64,000 nt of DNA from an uncultured Acidobacteriaceae bacterium. GTDB taxonomy: Bacteria; Acidobacteriota; Terriglobia; Terriglobales; Acidobacteriaceae. Of the stretch, positions 52,557-61,496 are shown piece by piece (the stretch's first letter is position 1; every line of letters starts with the position of its first letter). The notes below the pieces were generated by a model. The model ran no database searches. It was not told where the DNA came from and saw nothing but the letters and a program-made list of their open reading frames with translations. A program made the position numbers and the translations under genes. The stretch spans positions 255,845 through 319,844 of the forward strand of contig CAWGMW010000002.1 of assembly GCA_963823805.1 (NCBI GenBank), read 5' to 3'.

Positions 52557-55434
52557 GGACGGAATTCCTTAACAGCGGAAACTCAAGGTGAAAGGTCGTG
52601 CCGGCGCCGATTGCGCTTTCGACGTGGATTTTGCCGGCGTGTTCCTGAATGATGCCGTACGAAACAGAGAGGCCGAGGCCGGTGCCGCGCCGGTCGCCAG
52701 GCAGGTTCTTGGTTGTGAAGAATGGATCGTAGATGCGTTTGAGGTGTTCGGGCGCGATGCCGGAACCAGAATCGGAGATGACGGCTTCAACGTGTCCGTC
52801 AACCAGCGTGGCGATGCGCAGTCGCCCCCCGCCGGGCATGGCGTCCTTGGCATTCAGCAATAGATTAAGGAAGACTTGCTGTAGTTTGCCGGGGTTGCCG
52901 TGGATCGGCGGCAGTTCGTCGGCGAGTTCGAGATCGACAAGAATCTGCGCGGTCTTGAACTGGTGCTCGAGCAGCGACAGCGTGTCGCGGACCACTTGGT
53001 TCAGGTCAGTGTTGCGGAACTCAGTGGTGGAAGTGCGCGAGAAGTTGAGCAGGCCGTTGGCGATTTCAGCGGCGCGGAAGCTCTGCTGCGTGATCTTGTC
53101 GAGCACCGGGCTAAGGCGCGCGTCGCCGCGCAACTGTTTGGCCAGCATCTGCGCGTAGGAGGAAATGACCGCGAGCGGAGTGTTGATCTCGTGGGCAACA
53201 CCGGCAGCCAGCAAGCCGATGGACGTCAGCTTGTCAGCCTGAGCAAGCTGGATCTCCAGCGTGACTCGCTCAGTAATGTCGTCAACCAGAACGATGCGGC
53301 CTACGGGAACGAAGTCGCGCGAAAGCAGCGGCGCAATGGCGATGTTGGCGGTGCGCAGTTCGCCGGCGCGCGTGGTGAGGCGGAACTTGTAGAGGTGATG
53401 CACTCCCGGATCGCTGCCAAAGCCCTCCAGAGCTTCAATGAACTCCAACGGGAAGACTGAACGCAGTTCCCGGCCAAGAGCTTCGGCCCGGCTGAAAGCG
53501 TACATGGCCTCCATTTGCGCGTTCCAGCTCTCGATGCGGTCGTTGAGGTCGATGGCGAAGATGCCAACGTTTATGGATTCAACGATGTTCTCGTTGAACT
53601 CCTTGAGGCGCTCGAACTCAACGATCTTTTCTTCAAGGCGTGCATATAGGCTCGCGTTTTGGAGGGCGATGCCGATGTAGCTGGCCAGCGATTCCAGAAG
53701 CTCAACGTCTTCGCTCGAAAGAAAGTCGCCGCCAAGCGTGCGGCCAAGCCCGATAACGGCGATGGTGCGGCTGGCGGCCTCACCGTTCTCCAGTTGCCCC
53801 GGCGCCACTCGGCAGGGCAAGTAATAGTTTAGGTCCAGCAGAGCCGCGGTGCGCTGCTCGTCCGAAGGAAGATGCATCACGGCTTGTGCGTTCTCAAAAA
53901 AAATGTGCGAGTGGTCCTTGGCACGGTCGAAGCTGAGGAAGCCGAGGGCCAAATTGCTCTGCCCTGCGCTGACTTCATCGGGTAATCCGTGCGACGCGGC
54001 CATGCGCAACCGGCCTGAGTCCTGCACCAGGAAGATGGCCACGCGGGCGACCAGGAGCGTGCGCGGCAACTGCTCGACGATGGAGTTGAGCAGCGCCTGG
54101 AGGTCGGTCTCGGAGCTGAGGCCGCGGCCGAACTCGACCAGCGCCCTGCGGTAGTCGTAGCGATGGCGGTCGAAGGCGCGGTCAACCCAGTTCTGGATGC
54201 GCCGCTTGAGCGGGTCAAAGACGGCAGCGGTGATCAGAATGGCGGCGGCTAAGCCCCAAGCACTGACTGCCTCCGGCATGGAATTGTGAACAACGACAGT
54301 AATCAGCGCAATGATGCCGAAGTATCCGCCGAGGATGAGAGCCGTGGCCAGCGTGTAGGCGACGCCGCGTTTGAAGATCAGGTCGGTGTCCATCAACCGG
54401 TAGCGAACGATAGCCCAGGCAAACGTGAGCGGCAAAAACACCAATGAAAGGCCGGCGAGATTGGTCAGCAACTGCGGCGGGTTCAGGTGCAACAGATACG
54501 GGACGGCGTAAAAGAACGTGAAGGGCAGGACAGCGCCAAAAGAACCGCGGTAGAGCCATTTCAACTGCTGACGCAGCAACGGCGTAGTGGCACGGCTGTA
54601 GCTGCGCAAGAAGAGAAGTGCGGCGGCTACATAGAAGATGGCGTCGTACGCGGTTGCGATCTGGTTGAGCCGATCGAGAAGAAGCTTGGTGGCCTCGCGC
54701 GTGCCGATGGACCAGAGCCACAGGCCTAGCAGTCCCGCGCCGGGTGCGTAGACCAGGGGCAGAAGCCAGCGGCGGCGGAGATTCTTGAACCGCTCCTCAG
54801 GGAAGCTGAGCGCGAAATGGAGGAAGAGCGCGGGCTGTAGCGCCTCGGCCACGACATTGGTCCAGAAAACGGCCCAGTCGAGAGTGTCGAACTTGGTAGT
54901 GTATTTGAGCGCGTAGAGCGCAAACGAAACCAGGCAGAAAAGGTAAAAATGCGTGGCGCGAGGCGCGCCCCAACGGCGGAACAGTACGTAGAAGCCAATG
55001 ATCAGATAAATAAGGCCGATGATGCGAAGGCCAAAATCGAGACTGCTATCCAGCGGCTCTGGAATTACCTTGATAGGCGCTTCGAGGGGAATGCCGTCGC
55101 GCGTGATGGTGTAGTAGACCTGAACGTAGGGCCCGGTGGCATAGAGAACGCGTTCCAGATCGGCGACTACCGTAACTGGGGTAACAGTTGCAGTAGGGGA
55201 CTCGCTGACACCCGTCAGCAGGTCTCCCACCTGGATCCCGGCGCGCTGCCCGGGTTTATCGGGCAATACTTTCTCCGCTTGCAAGCCGCCAGCGGCCTCG
55301 CCCCACCAAACGCCGTCGTCGAGCTGCGGAGACTTGCGCTGCTCCAGGAGATTCAGCACCGCCAACACGAACAGCGCCGCCGTAGCCAAGGCCAGCAGCG
55401 TAGCCTGCATGCGGTTGAGAAGGCTTGTCTCCAT
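52549..55434 (-). CDS. multi-domain sensor histidine kinase (N-terminal TM plus PDZ-like segment, polytopic membrane domain, GAF/PAS, HisKA, HATPase_c)
   Basis: PDZ-like GQRAGIQVGDLLTGV, about 8 further TM helices, H-box AAGVAHEINTPLAVI, N-box LNLLLNAKDAMPGGG, G-boxes DSGSGIAPE and GTGLGLSV. Overlaps the regulator gene by 8 nt. Confidence 0.9.
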   Translation of the reverse strand: METSLLNRMQATLLALATAALFVLAVLNLLEQRKSPQLDDGVWWGEAAGGLQAEKVLPDKPGQRAGIQVGDLLTGVSESPTATVTPVTVVADLERVLYATGPYVQVYYTITRDGIPLEAPIKVIPEPLDSSLDFGLRIIGLIYLIIGFYVLFRRWGAPRATHFYLFCLVSFALYALKYTTKFDTLDWAVFWTNVVAEALQPALFLHFALSFPEERFKNLRRRWLLPLVYAPGAGLLGLWLWSIGTREATKLLLDRLNQIATAYDAIFYVAAALLFLRSYSRATTPLLRQQLKWLYRGSFGAVLPFTFFYAVPYLLHLNPPQLLTNLAGLSLVFLPLTFAWAIVRYRLMDTDLIFKRGVAYTLATALILGGYFGIIALITVVVHNSMPEAVSAWGLAAAILITAAVFDPLKRRIQNWVDRAFDRHRYDYRRALVEFGRGLSSETDLQALLNSIVEQLPRTLLVARVAIFLVQDSGRLRMAASHGLPDEVSAGQSNLALGFLSFDRAKDHSHIFFENAQAVMHLPSDEQRTAALLDLNYYLPCRVAPGQLENGEAASRTIAVIGLGRTLGGDFLSSEDVELLESLASYIGIALQNASLYARLEEKIVEFERLKEFNENIVESINVGIFAIDLNDRIESWNAQMEAMYAFSRAEALGRELRSVFPLEFIEALEGFGSDPGVHHLYKFRLTTRAGELRTANIAIAPLLSRDFVPVGRIVLVDDITERVTLEIQLAQADKLTSIGLLAAGVAHEINTPLAVISSYAQMLAKQLRGDARLSPVLDKITQQSFRAAEIANGLLNFSRTSTTEFRNTDLNQVVRDTLSLLEHQFKTAQILVDLELADELPPIHGNPGKLQQVFLNLLLNAKDAMPGGGRLRIATLVDGHVEAVISDSGSGIAPEHLKRIYDPFFTTKNLPGDRRGTGLGLSVSYGIIQEHAGKIHVESAIGAGTTFHLEFPLLRNSVHA

Positions 55435-55466
55435 GAGCGGGAGTTTCCTACACTAATCGCTTTACT

Positions 55467-55482
55467 AGCACGTCGGTTGCCA
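55467..55482 (-). promoter_or_regulatory. candidate sigma-54 (-24/-12) promoter upstream of the kinase/regulator operon
   Basis: Minus strand TGGCAACCGACGTGCT has GG and GC with the canonical 10-nt separation (consensus TGGCACG-N4-TTGCW). It lies 33-48 nt upstream of the ATG at 55434. The match is partial. Confidence 0.3.
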
Positions 55483-55799
55483 CGCAAGGGAAAAGCAGTG
55501 GAAGATCGAGAACAGTGCGCCAATCATCTGAGAACAGACGTGATATGGACTTCTCAATGGGGACAAACGTCATCCTCAGGTGAAGTAGATCACACCGGAA
55601 GTGCAAAAAACAAGAGCAGTCCTCCACAGAAGAGGATCCACCTATGGAAAATGGTAGACCAATGACCCACGGCAAGTGATCGGGCAAACATCTTAAAATA
55701 AACGAGTTACTGTTTGCGGTCCTTTCGTCGATTTCGGCACATGAATTCGAGCCTGGACCGCCGTCGGCTGTCCGAGAATACGAGGATCCCAACACAGGG

Positions 55800-56504
55800 T
55801 CAGCCCTGTCCGTAGGTTGCTTTCGGGCCATGTTTGCGAAGATGGTGGTATTCCGAGACATGACTGGGAATTCCGCCGTCGGGCGCTCCCAGAAGCACGC
55901 TGCGGAAGGCGAGCCGGGCGATGTACTCGAGGATGTCGGCGTGCTCGACAGCCTCGGCGGGGTTCCTGCCCCAAGCAAAAGGGGCGTGGCCCGCCACCAA
56001 CACGCCGGGCACTTCAACCGGATCGAGTTTACCCGAGCGGATGCAGCGAACGATAACCGCGCCCGTGTTGGCAACGTAGCCTGAAGCAACCTCTTCAGCG
56101 GTGAGCAGCTCAGTGACGGGAACCGGACCGCGAAAATAATCAGCGTGGGTGGTGCCGAAGCAGGGGATGGCGCGGCAGGCCTGAGCCCAGGCCGTTGCGA
56201 ACTCGGAGTGCGTGTGGACGATGCCTCCGATCTCAGGAAATTCGCGGTAGAGCATCGTGTGCGTGTCCAGATCGCTCGACGGACGCAGCGCGCCCTCAAT
56301 TTTGTTGCCTTCGAGATCGGTGACGACTAGGTCGGCCGGGGTCAGTGCGGCGTAATCGACGCCGCTGGGCTTGATGACCACGAGCGGTTTGGTGCCGCTG
56401 CGGTCGACACCGCTGGCGTTCCCGAATGTGTGGGGCGCGAGGCCGCGACGGGCGATCTCCTGATTGGCGCGCAGCACTCGTTCGCGAAGAGCTTCGAGCA
56501 ACAT
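55800..56504 (-). CDS. araD: L-ribulose-5-phosphate 4-epimerase (class II aldolase fold)
   Basis: HTFGNASGVDR, VVIKPSGVDY and the zinc site GGIVHTHSEFATAWAQA. Confidence 0.85.
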   Translation of the reverse strand: MLLEALRERVLRANQEIARRGLAPHTFGNASGVDRSGTKPLVVIKPSGVDYAALTPADLVVTDLEGNKIEGALRPSSDLDTHTMLYREFPEIGGIVHTHSEFATAWAQACRAIPCFGTTHADYFRGPVPVTELLTAEEVASGYVANTGAVIVRCIRSGKLDPVEVPGVLVAGHAPFAWGRNPAEAVEHADILEYIARLAFRSVLLGAPDGGIPSHVSEYHHLRKHGPKATYGQG

Positions 56505-56679
56505 GGCAGTTCCCTTGAAATGGCGAAGAGCGGAAAACGTTTAACTGTGTCAGTTTAGCAGCGGACCGGGACGGGAACTGCGGATTTGCCGTCACCTTCA
56601 CTGCGCTCAGGCCGGAATGGCAATGGGGACGAGATGTGGATAGCGATTTCGTTTGGGGCGCCTTCGATAGACTCGCGGC

Positions 56680-56982
56680 ATGATGTTCGCTAAGCGGCTT
56701 CGAGAAGGCGCCCGGCGCGGGAAGATAACCTGCAGCGTGCGAATTTGGACGAAGCGGCGTGTGTGCTTGGGCGGCCGCTATCACGTAGAGGAAGGTGAGA
56801 TTGAAGTGGACTCGATCGAGCCGATCGGGTTCCCGGATATAACTCCTGAGCTCGCGCGCGTGTCAGGATTTCTCGGCGTTTTGGACTTGCTGAAAGTGGC
56901 CAAGCACGGCAAAGGCGAGAAGATTTATCTAATTCGCTTCCACTGTGTGACGCCCCGCCGGCTTCAGCCGCGAAGCCAGTAG
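56680..56982 (+). CDS. ASCH-domain-like small protein
   Basis: MMFAKRLREGARRGKITCSVRIWTKRRVCLGGRY...IEVDSIEPI...ARVSGF resembles ASCH/PUA-like proteins. Recognition is from memory. Confidence 0.55.
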   Translation: MMFAKRLREGARRGKITCSVRIWTKRRVCLGGRYHVEEGEIEVDSIEPIGFPDITPELARVSGFLGVLDLLKVAKHGKGEKIYLIRFHCVTPRRLQPRSQ

Positions 56983-57854
56983 GGCTTGGGAACGACTGCC
57001 CCGAGTTCGGCGAATTCAGCGTCGGTAAGTCGGATAGCAGCCGCGCCGACGTTCTCCTCAAGGTGCTTCACTGAGCTGGTGCCGGGGATGGGCAAAATCA
57101 CGCGCGACCGGCGCAGCAGCCATGCCAGCGAGACCACGCCCGTAGAAACATTCCGTGCGGCAGCTATTTTTTCCACCACTTCGCTGGCCTTTCGGCCTTG
57201 CGCCATGGGTCCCCACGGCAGAAAGGCGATGCCGCTCGCTTCGCAGTAATCGACCACGAAATCCCATTCGCGATCGGAAAAGCTGTAGCGGTTCTGCACG
57301 CTGACGATGGGAACGATCTTCTGCGCACGCTTGATGTGTTCGAGCGTGACGTTGGAAAGGGCGACGTGGCGAATCTTGCCCTGCTCTTGCAGGTGCGCGA
57401 GGGCTTGCATCGAGGCGTCAAAGGAGACGGCCGGATCGGGAACATGAAGCTGGTAAACGTCGATGCGCTCCAGGCGCAGGCGCTTGAGGCTGCCTTCGAT
57501 AGCCTGCTGAATGTGCGCGGGACTGGCGTTGTGCTGCCATACGCCAGGGCCATGGCGCGTCCATCCGGCTTTCGTGGCGATGACGAGGCCGGCCGGATAC
57601 GGCCAGAGCGCTTCCGCGATCAGTTCCTCTGAGACGTTGGGACCATAGGAATCGGCAGTGTCGATGAAGTTGACGCCGAGTTCGACGGCTCGGCGCAGAG
57701 TGGCGAGTGCGGCGTCAACGTCATCGGGCGGACCCCAGATGCCCTGGCCCGTAATGCGCATGGCGCCGTAGCCCATGCGGTTCACAGTTAAATCGCCTCC
57801 CAGGGTGATGGTTCCAGCTCGCGCGGCGGGTGAGAGTTCGGTTTCGAGCGTCAC
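56964..57854 (-). CDS. aldo/keto reductase
   Basis: AKR blocks GYGAMRITG, GVNFIDTADSYG, IRHVALSN and ILPIPGTSSVKHLEEN. Confidence 0.9.
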   Translation of the reverse strand: MTLETELSPAARAGTITLGGDLTVNRMGYGAMRITGQGIWGPPDDVDAALATLRRAVELGVNFIDTADSYGPNVSEELIAEALWPYPAGLVIATKAGWTRHGPGVWQHNASPAHIQQAIEGSLKRLRLERIDVYQLHVPDPAVSFDASMQALAHLQEQGKIRHVALSNVTLEHIKRAQKIVPIVSVQNRYSFSDREWDFVVDYCEASGIAFLPWGPMAQGRKASEVVEKIAAARNVSTGVVSLAWLLRRSRVILPIPGTSSVKHLEENVGAAAIRLTDAEFAELGAVVPKPYWLRG

Positions 57855-57866
57855 CTTCGTTTCTCC

Positions 57867-59186
57867 TTAGACAGTCACTTCCCAGCCTCTTTCGTAGGTA
57901 CGGGCCCAGTACTTCATGGCCTCGGGATCGCCAATGATGTGAGCGGTTTCAGTGTCCAGGCGCAGCAAGCGATCGACGAACCATGCGATGTTTGAGAGCA
58001 GGAGCATAGTCACAGTGACATTGGCGACCGGGACGGGAGAGTTGAGCTTCTCCTTGCCCCGAATGGCCGCGATGAAGTTGGCGAAGTGAGCGTCGGTCAT
58101 CGAATCGGCTCCGATCAAGTCGCCAGTGGAAGTTACGTGGCCCACGCGATACCTGTCGATCTGCTTCCCTTTCCAATCAAAAACGTCGTAGCCGTCGCGA
58201 TCGATGACCACCGAGCCCTTGGTGCCCATGATCACCGAACCCCGGTCGCGATCGTAGAGACGCATACCCTGGCAGGAGCGGCCCTCCCACGAAATGAGCT
58301 TGTCAGGGTATTCAAAGTTGGTGATCGTCGTGTCGGGGAATTGCCAGTCATCTTTGAACTGGTAGCGCCCCCCGCTTGCGGTCACGGCGTGAGGGATTTC
58401 CGCCTGCAGAGCCCAGCGGCAAACATCAACCTCGTGAGTTCCATTGTTGAGAGTCTCGCCCGTGCCATAGCGCCGCAGCCAGTGCCAGTTGTAAGGATGA
58501 ATATTGTCTTTGTACTCGCTGCGCGGTGCGGGACCCTGCCACAGGTCCCAGTTAAGCGACGCAGGCACAGGTGCCGGCTTGCCAATGCCCATGGAGCCGC
58601 GCGTGTTCGCGTACCACGATTTGGCCATGTACGCCTCGCCGATCAGGCCATCATGAATCTTCTGGATCATGCGGATGGTGTAGTCGGAGGATCGCTGCTG
58701 ATCGCCGACCTGAACGAGTCTTCCATATTTCTTCTGCGCTGCCACAAGCAGCTCGCCCTCGCGCGGATTCTGACTGGAAGGTTTTTCAACATAAACGTGT
58801 TTACCGGCCTTCAACCCCAGCACTGCCATCGGCGTATGCCAGTGATCTGGAGTGGCAACCGTAACGGCGTCAACGTCCTTCGATTCCAGCGCGTGGCGGA
58901 AATCGGTCTCGGCCCTGGGCGCGTAGCCGAGCTCTTGTTCCGCTTCCGCTGCAAACTTGGCAAGAATCCCCGAGTCAACGTCGCAAATGTAGACAACCCG
59001 AGCGCTTTTGCTGTTGGCGCGCAGCGATGAAAGATGTGCGTGGCCTCGGCCGTTAAGGCCATTGATGGCAAAGTTCAGGCGATCGTTGGCGCCGAGAATC
59101 TGCGCATAACTCTTCGCCGATGACGCAAAGGTTGAGGCCGCTGCACCCGCAGCAAGTCCGTTGACAAATTTTCGGCGGGAAATCAT
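57867..59186 (-). CDS. Tat-exported Gfo/Idh/MocA-family oxidoreductase
   Basis: Twin-arginine signal MISRRKFVNGLAAGAAASTFASSAKSYA, Rossmann region, and the EKP motif (HVYVEKPSS). Confidence 0.85.
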   Translation of the reverse strand: MISRRKFVNGLAAGAAASTFASSAKSYAQILGANDRLNFAINGLNGRGHAHLSSLRANSKSARVVYICDVDSGILAKFAAEAEQELGYAPRAETDFRHALESKDVDAVTVATPDHWHTPMAVLGLKAGKHVYVEKPSSQNPREGELLVAAQKKYGRLVQVGDQQRSSDYTIRMIQKIHDGLIGEAYMAKSWYANTRGSMGIGKPAPVPASLNWDLWQGPAPRSEYKDNIHPYNWHWLRRYGTGETLNNGTHEVDVCRWALQAEIPHAVTASGGRYQFKDDWQFPDTTITNFEYPDKLISWEGRSCQGMRLYDRDRGSVIMGTKGSVVIDRDGYDVFDWKGKQIDRYRVGHVTSTGDLIGADSMTDAHFANFIAAIRGKEKLNSPVPVANVTVTMLLLSNIAWFVDRLLRLDTETAHIIGDPEAMKYWARTYERGWEVTV

Positions 59187-59380
59187 TTTCTCTCCAATCG
59201 CATCATAGCTCTCGGCGTTCAGCTTCCAGCCTCATCCAGTATCGTTCGCCGCTCAAGGCTCCCTCCGCCGCAACGAATTATACCGTTGCGCACCGAGGCG
59301 CGGCAGGATGCCAGCACTTGTAAATTCTTCATGAGAATAATGGATTTGCGGGCTTTCCGTGTCCATTCCTCGGCTCGGTT

Positions 59381-60028
59381 TTGTCGCCTTTTCGCGCGAA
59401 AATGGAACGAAGGGTTGTAAACTTGGCCCGCATGGGGACGTCTACCAAACTGATGGCAGCCGGAACAGCCGTAAAGCCGATGACCGTGGAAGCGGCGAAG
59501 GAGATTGCTGCGCAGGATTTTGCCAGCATCGTTGAAAGCCACCGGCCGCAGATCTTCCGCTTTCTTCTGGCATCGCTCCGGGACGTGGATCTCGCCGAGA
59601 CGCTGACGCAGGAGTGTTTCCTGAAGGCGCACCGGAACTGGAACCGCTTTCGCGGCGATTCAAGTGCGATGACCTGGCTGATGCGGATCGCCATCAATTT
59701 ACAGAAGGACCACTGGCGAAACCGGCGCCTGCAGTTCTGGCGGCATACGCAGGCAAACGCAATTGGCGTGGACGAGGCCAGCGACTGGCTGCCGAACGGC
59801 GAGCGTAACGCGGAGCAGCAGATCTTGGCGCGGGAACAAGTTGCGCAGGTTTGGAAGGCAGTGGAGGGTCTAAGCGAGCGGCAGCGAACGGTATTCCTGT
59901 TGCGCTACGTCGAGGATCGGGAGTTGAGCGAGATTGCACGGGCCACAAGATTGAGCGAGGGCACGGTGAAGGCCCATTTATCGCGGGCGCTCGCGAGAGT
60001 GCGCGCGGAGCTGAGGGGTACACGATGA
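59381..60028 (+). CDS. ECF-type RNA polymerase sigma-70 factor
   Basis: Region 2 (HRPQIFRFLLASLRD...AETLTQECFLKAHRNW) and region 4 (LSERQRTVFLLRYVEDRELSEIARATRLSEGTVKAHLSRA). The true start may be one of the internal ATGs at 59432, 59453 or 59480. Confidence 0.85.
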   Translation: MSPFRAKMERRVVNLARMGTSTKLMAAGTAVKPMTVEAAKEIAAQDFASIVESHRPQIFRFLLASLRDVDLAETLTQECFLKAHRNWNRFRGDSSAMTWLMRIAINLQKDHWRNRRLQFWRHTQANAIGVDEASDWLPNGERNAEQQILAREQVAQVWKAVEGLSERQRTVFLLRYVEDRELSEIARATRLSEGTVKAHLSRALARVRAELRGTR

Positions 60029-60504
60029 GCAGCAGAGACAAATTGGCGGCAGAGATCGACGATCCGATGGTGGCGGGGGCGCTCAAGCACTTCAAGGCCA
60101 GCGTGAATGCCTGGAGCGAGGCGGCGTACAGCGAGCCCCGGACAGTGGCGAGAATGGCGCGGCACAATTGGCGCTTGGCAGCGACCTGGGCTCTGGGATG
60201 CGTGCTGGCGGCCGGAAGCCTGGCGGGTGGATTGTACGAACGTCATGTGCGGCAAGAGTCGGCCCGGATCGAAATAATGAAAGCTGCAATCAGGGCGGCA
60301 GAGCAAAAAGCTGCGCTGGAGCGTAAGGCCGCCAAAGAGCCAGTCGCGGCCACAATCGCTGGCAAGCCGCAACCAACTGCCGTGAAAAAAGCAGGCAGTG
60401 AGGATGAGGATCTGCTGGCAACGGTAGACAACGATGTGTCGCGACAGGTTCCGGCGGCCATGGAGCCCCTGGCGCAAATGATGGATAGCAGCGGTACGAA
60501 TTGA
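60025..60504 (+). CDS. putative anti-sigma factor (single TM)
   Basis: The ATG overlaps the sigma stop (ATGA). One TM helix (WRLAATWALGCVLAAGSLAGGLY). The call rests on position; I recognise no family. Confidence 0.55.
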   Translation: MSSRDKLAAEIDDPMVAGALKHFKASVNAWSEAAYSEPRTVARMARHNWRLAATWALGCVLAAGSLAGGLYERHVRQESARIEIMKAAIRAAEQKAALERKAAKEPVAATIAGKPQPTAVKKAGSEDEDLLATVDNDVSRQVPAAMEPLAQMMDSSGTN

Positions 60505-60580
60505 ATTGCTCACAAGACAAGGCAAGAGGAAACTCATCAGAAGGCGGGAAAGGGTCCCTTGGGACACAAGGGGGAAATCG

Positions 60581-61252
60581 ATGAAGACGTTGAAAATTGT
60601 GCGACTGGTTTTGGCGGTATCGGGAGTATTGATGGCGGGAGGTTGGGCGTGCGCGCAAGGGCCCGGCGGACCAGGCATGGTACCTGGTTTCGGGCAGCAT
60701 CGGCCTCCTATGGAACGTTCGTTCGGCTTCGCAAACGGGCGATTCTGGAACAATCCGAACGTTGTGAAGCAGTTGAACCTGACTGACGACCAGCGCAAGG
60801 CAATGGATGGAATTCTGCAGGACCATCGCATGAAGCTGATCGACATGCAGGCCGCTTTGCGCAAGGCGGAGTTGACACTCGGACCGCTGATGAAGGCTGA
60901 TACTCCGGAACGGGCTGCTATTGAAGCGCAGATCGACAAAGTCGTGGGCGCGCGCGCTGACTTGGAAAAGGCCAATGCGCGTTTCCTGCTGGACATTCGG
61001 ATGCAGTTGAAGCCGGACCAGTGGAAGCAACTGCAGACCATGCACCAGAACCGGATGGATCGCCAGGGAATGCGCGAGCATGACCGTGGTCAGTGGGGAC
61101 ACGATGGACAAAGGCCGGGGATGGGCGGACCGGGTAACCAATTCCGCGGGCCGGGCGGGCAGTTCCACCATCCGCAATCGCCTCCTCCACCGCCAGATGC
61201 GGCTCCGCAGCCAACTCCGGTGCCAGCTCCGGGGACAGGCCAGGAGCAATAA
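60581..61252 (+). CDS. periplasmic LTXXQ-motif protein (Spy/CpxP-like)
   Basis: Signal peptide MKTLKIVRLVLAVSGVLMAGGWACAQ, LTDDQRKAMDGILQDHRMKL, a second helical repeat (LKPDQWKQLQ), and a G/P/Q-rich tail. AGGGGGA RBS. Confidence 0.7.
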   Translation: MKTLKIVRLVLAVSGVLMAGGWACAQGPGGPGMVPGFGQHRPPMERSFGFANGRFWNNPNVVKQLNLTDDQRKAMDGILQDHRMKLIDMQAALRKAELTLGPLMKADTPERAAIEAQIDKVVGARADLEKANARFLLDIRMQLKPDQWKQLQTMHQNRMDRQGMREHDRGQWGHDGQRPGMGGPGNQFRGPGGQFHHPQSPPPPPDAAPQPTPVPAPGTGQEQ

Positions 61253-61351
61253 CGGCGCGGCGCTGGCGCACAGCCTTCGAAATAAGCACGTGAGCACGGC
61301 TGAGAATAGGTCTGATTCAGACAGAGCGCAAGAACTGTTAAGAAAGAAACT

Positions 61352-61385
61352 GGCGGCAGGGATCATTCCCCTGCCGCCTTTTTCT
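61352..61385 (+). terminator. rho-independent terminator
   Basis: GGCGGCAGGG-ATCATT-CCCTGCCGCC followed by TTTTTCTT. Confidence 0.65.
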
Positions 61386-61496
61386 TGCGCTTACGCAGTC
61401 GGCTGCGCGGTTCGCGCTGGCGAGCCTTTGCCCGGTGTCTGGTTCGCCGCGGCGGGCCAAGTCGATTCTGTACCATCAGGATGGAAGGAACGATTT

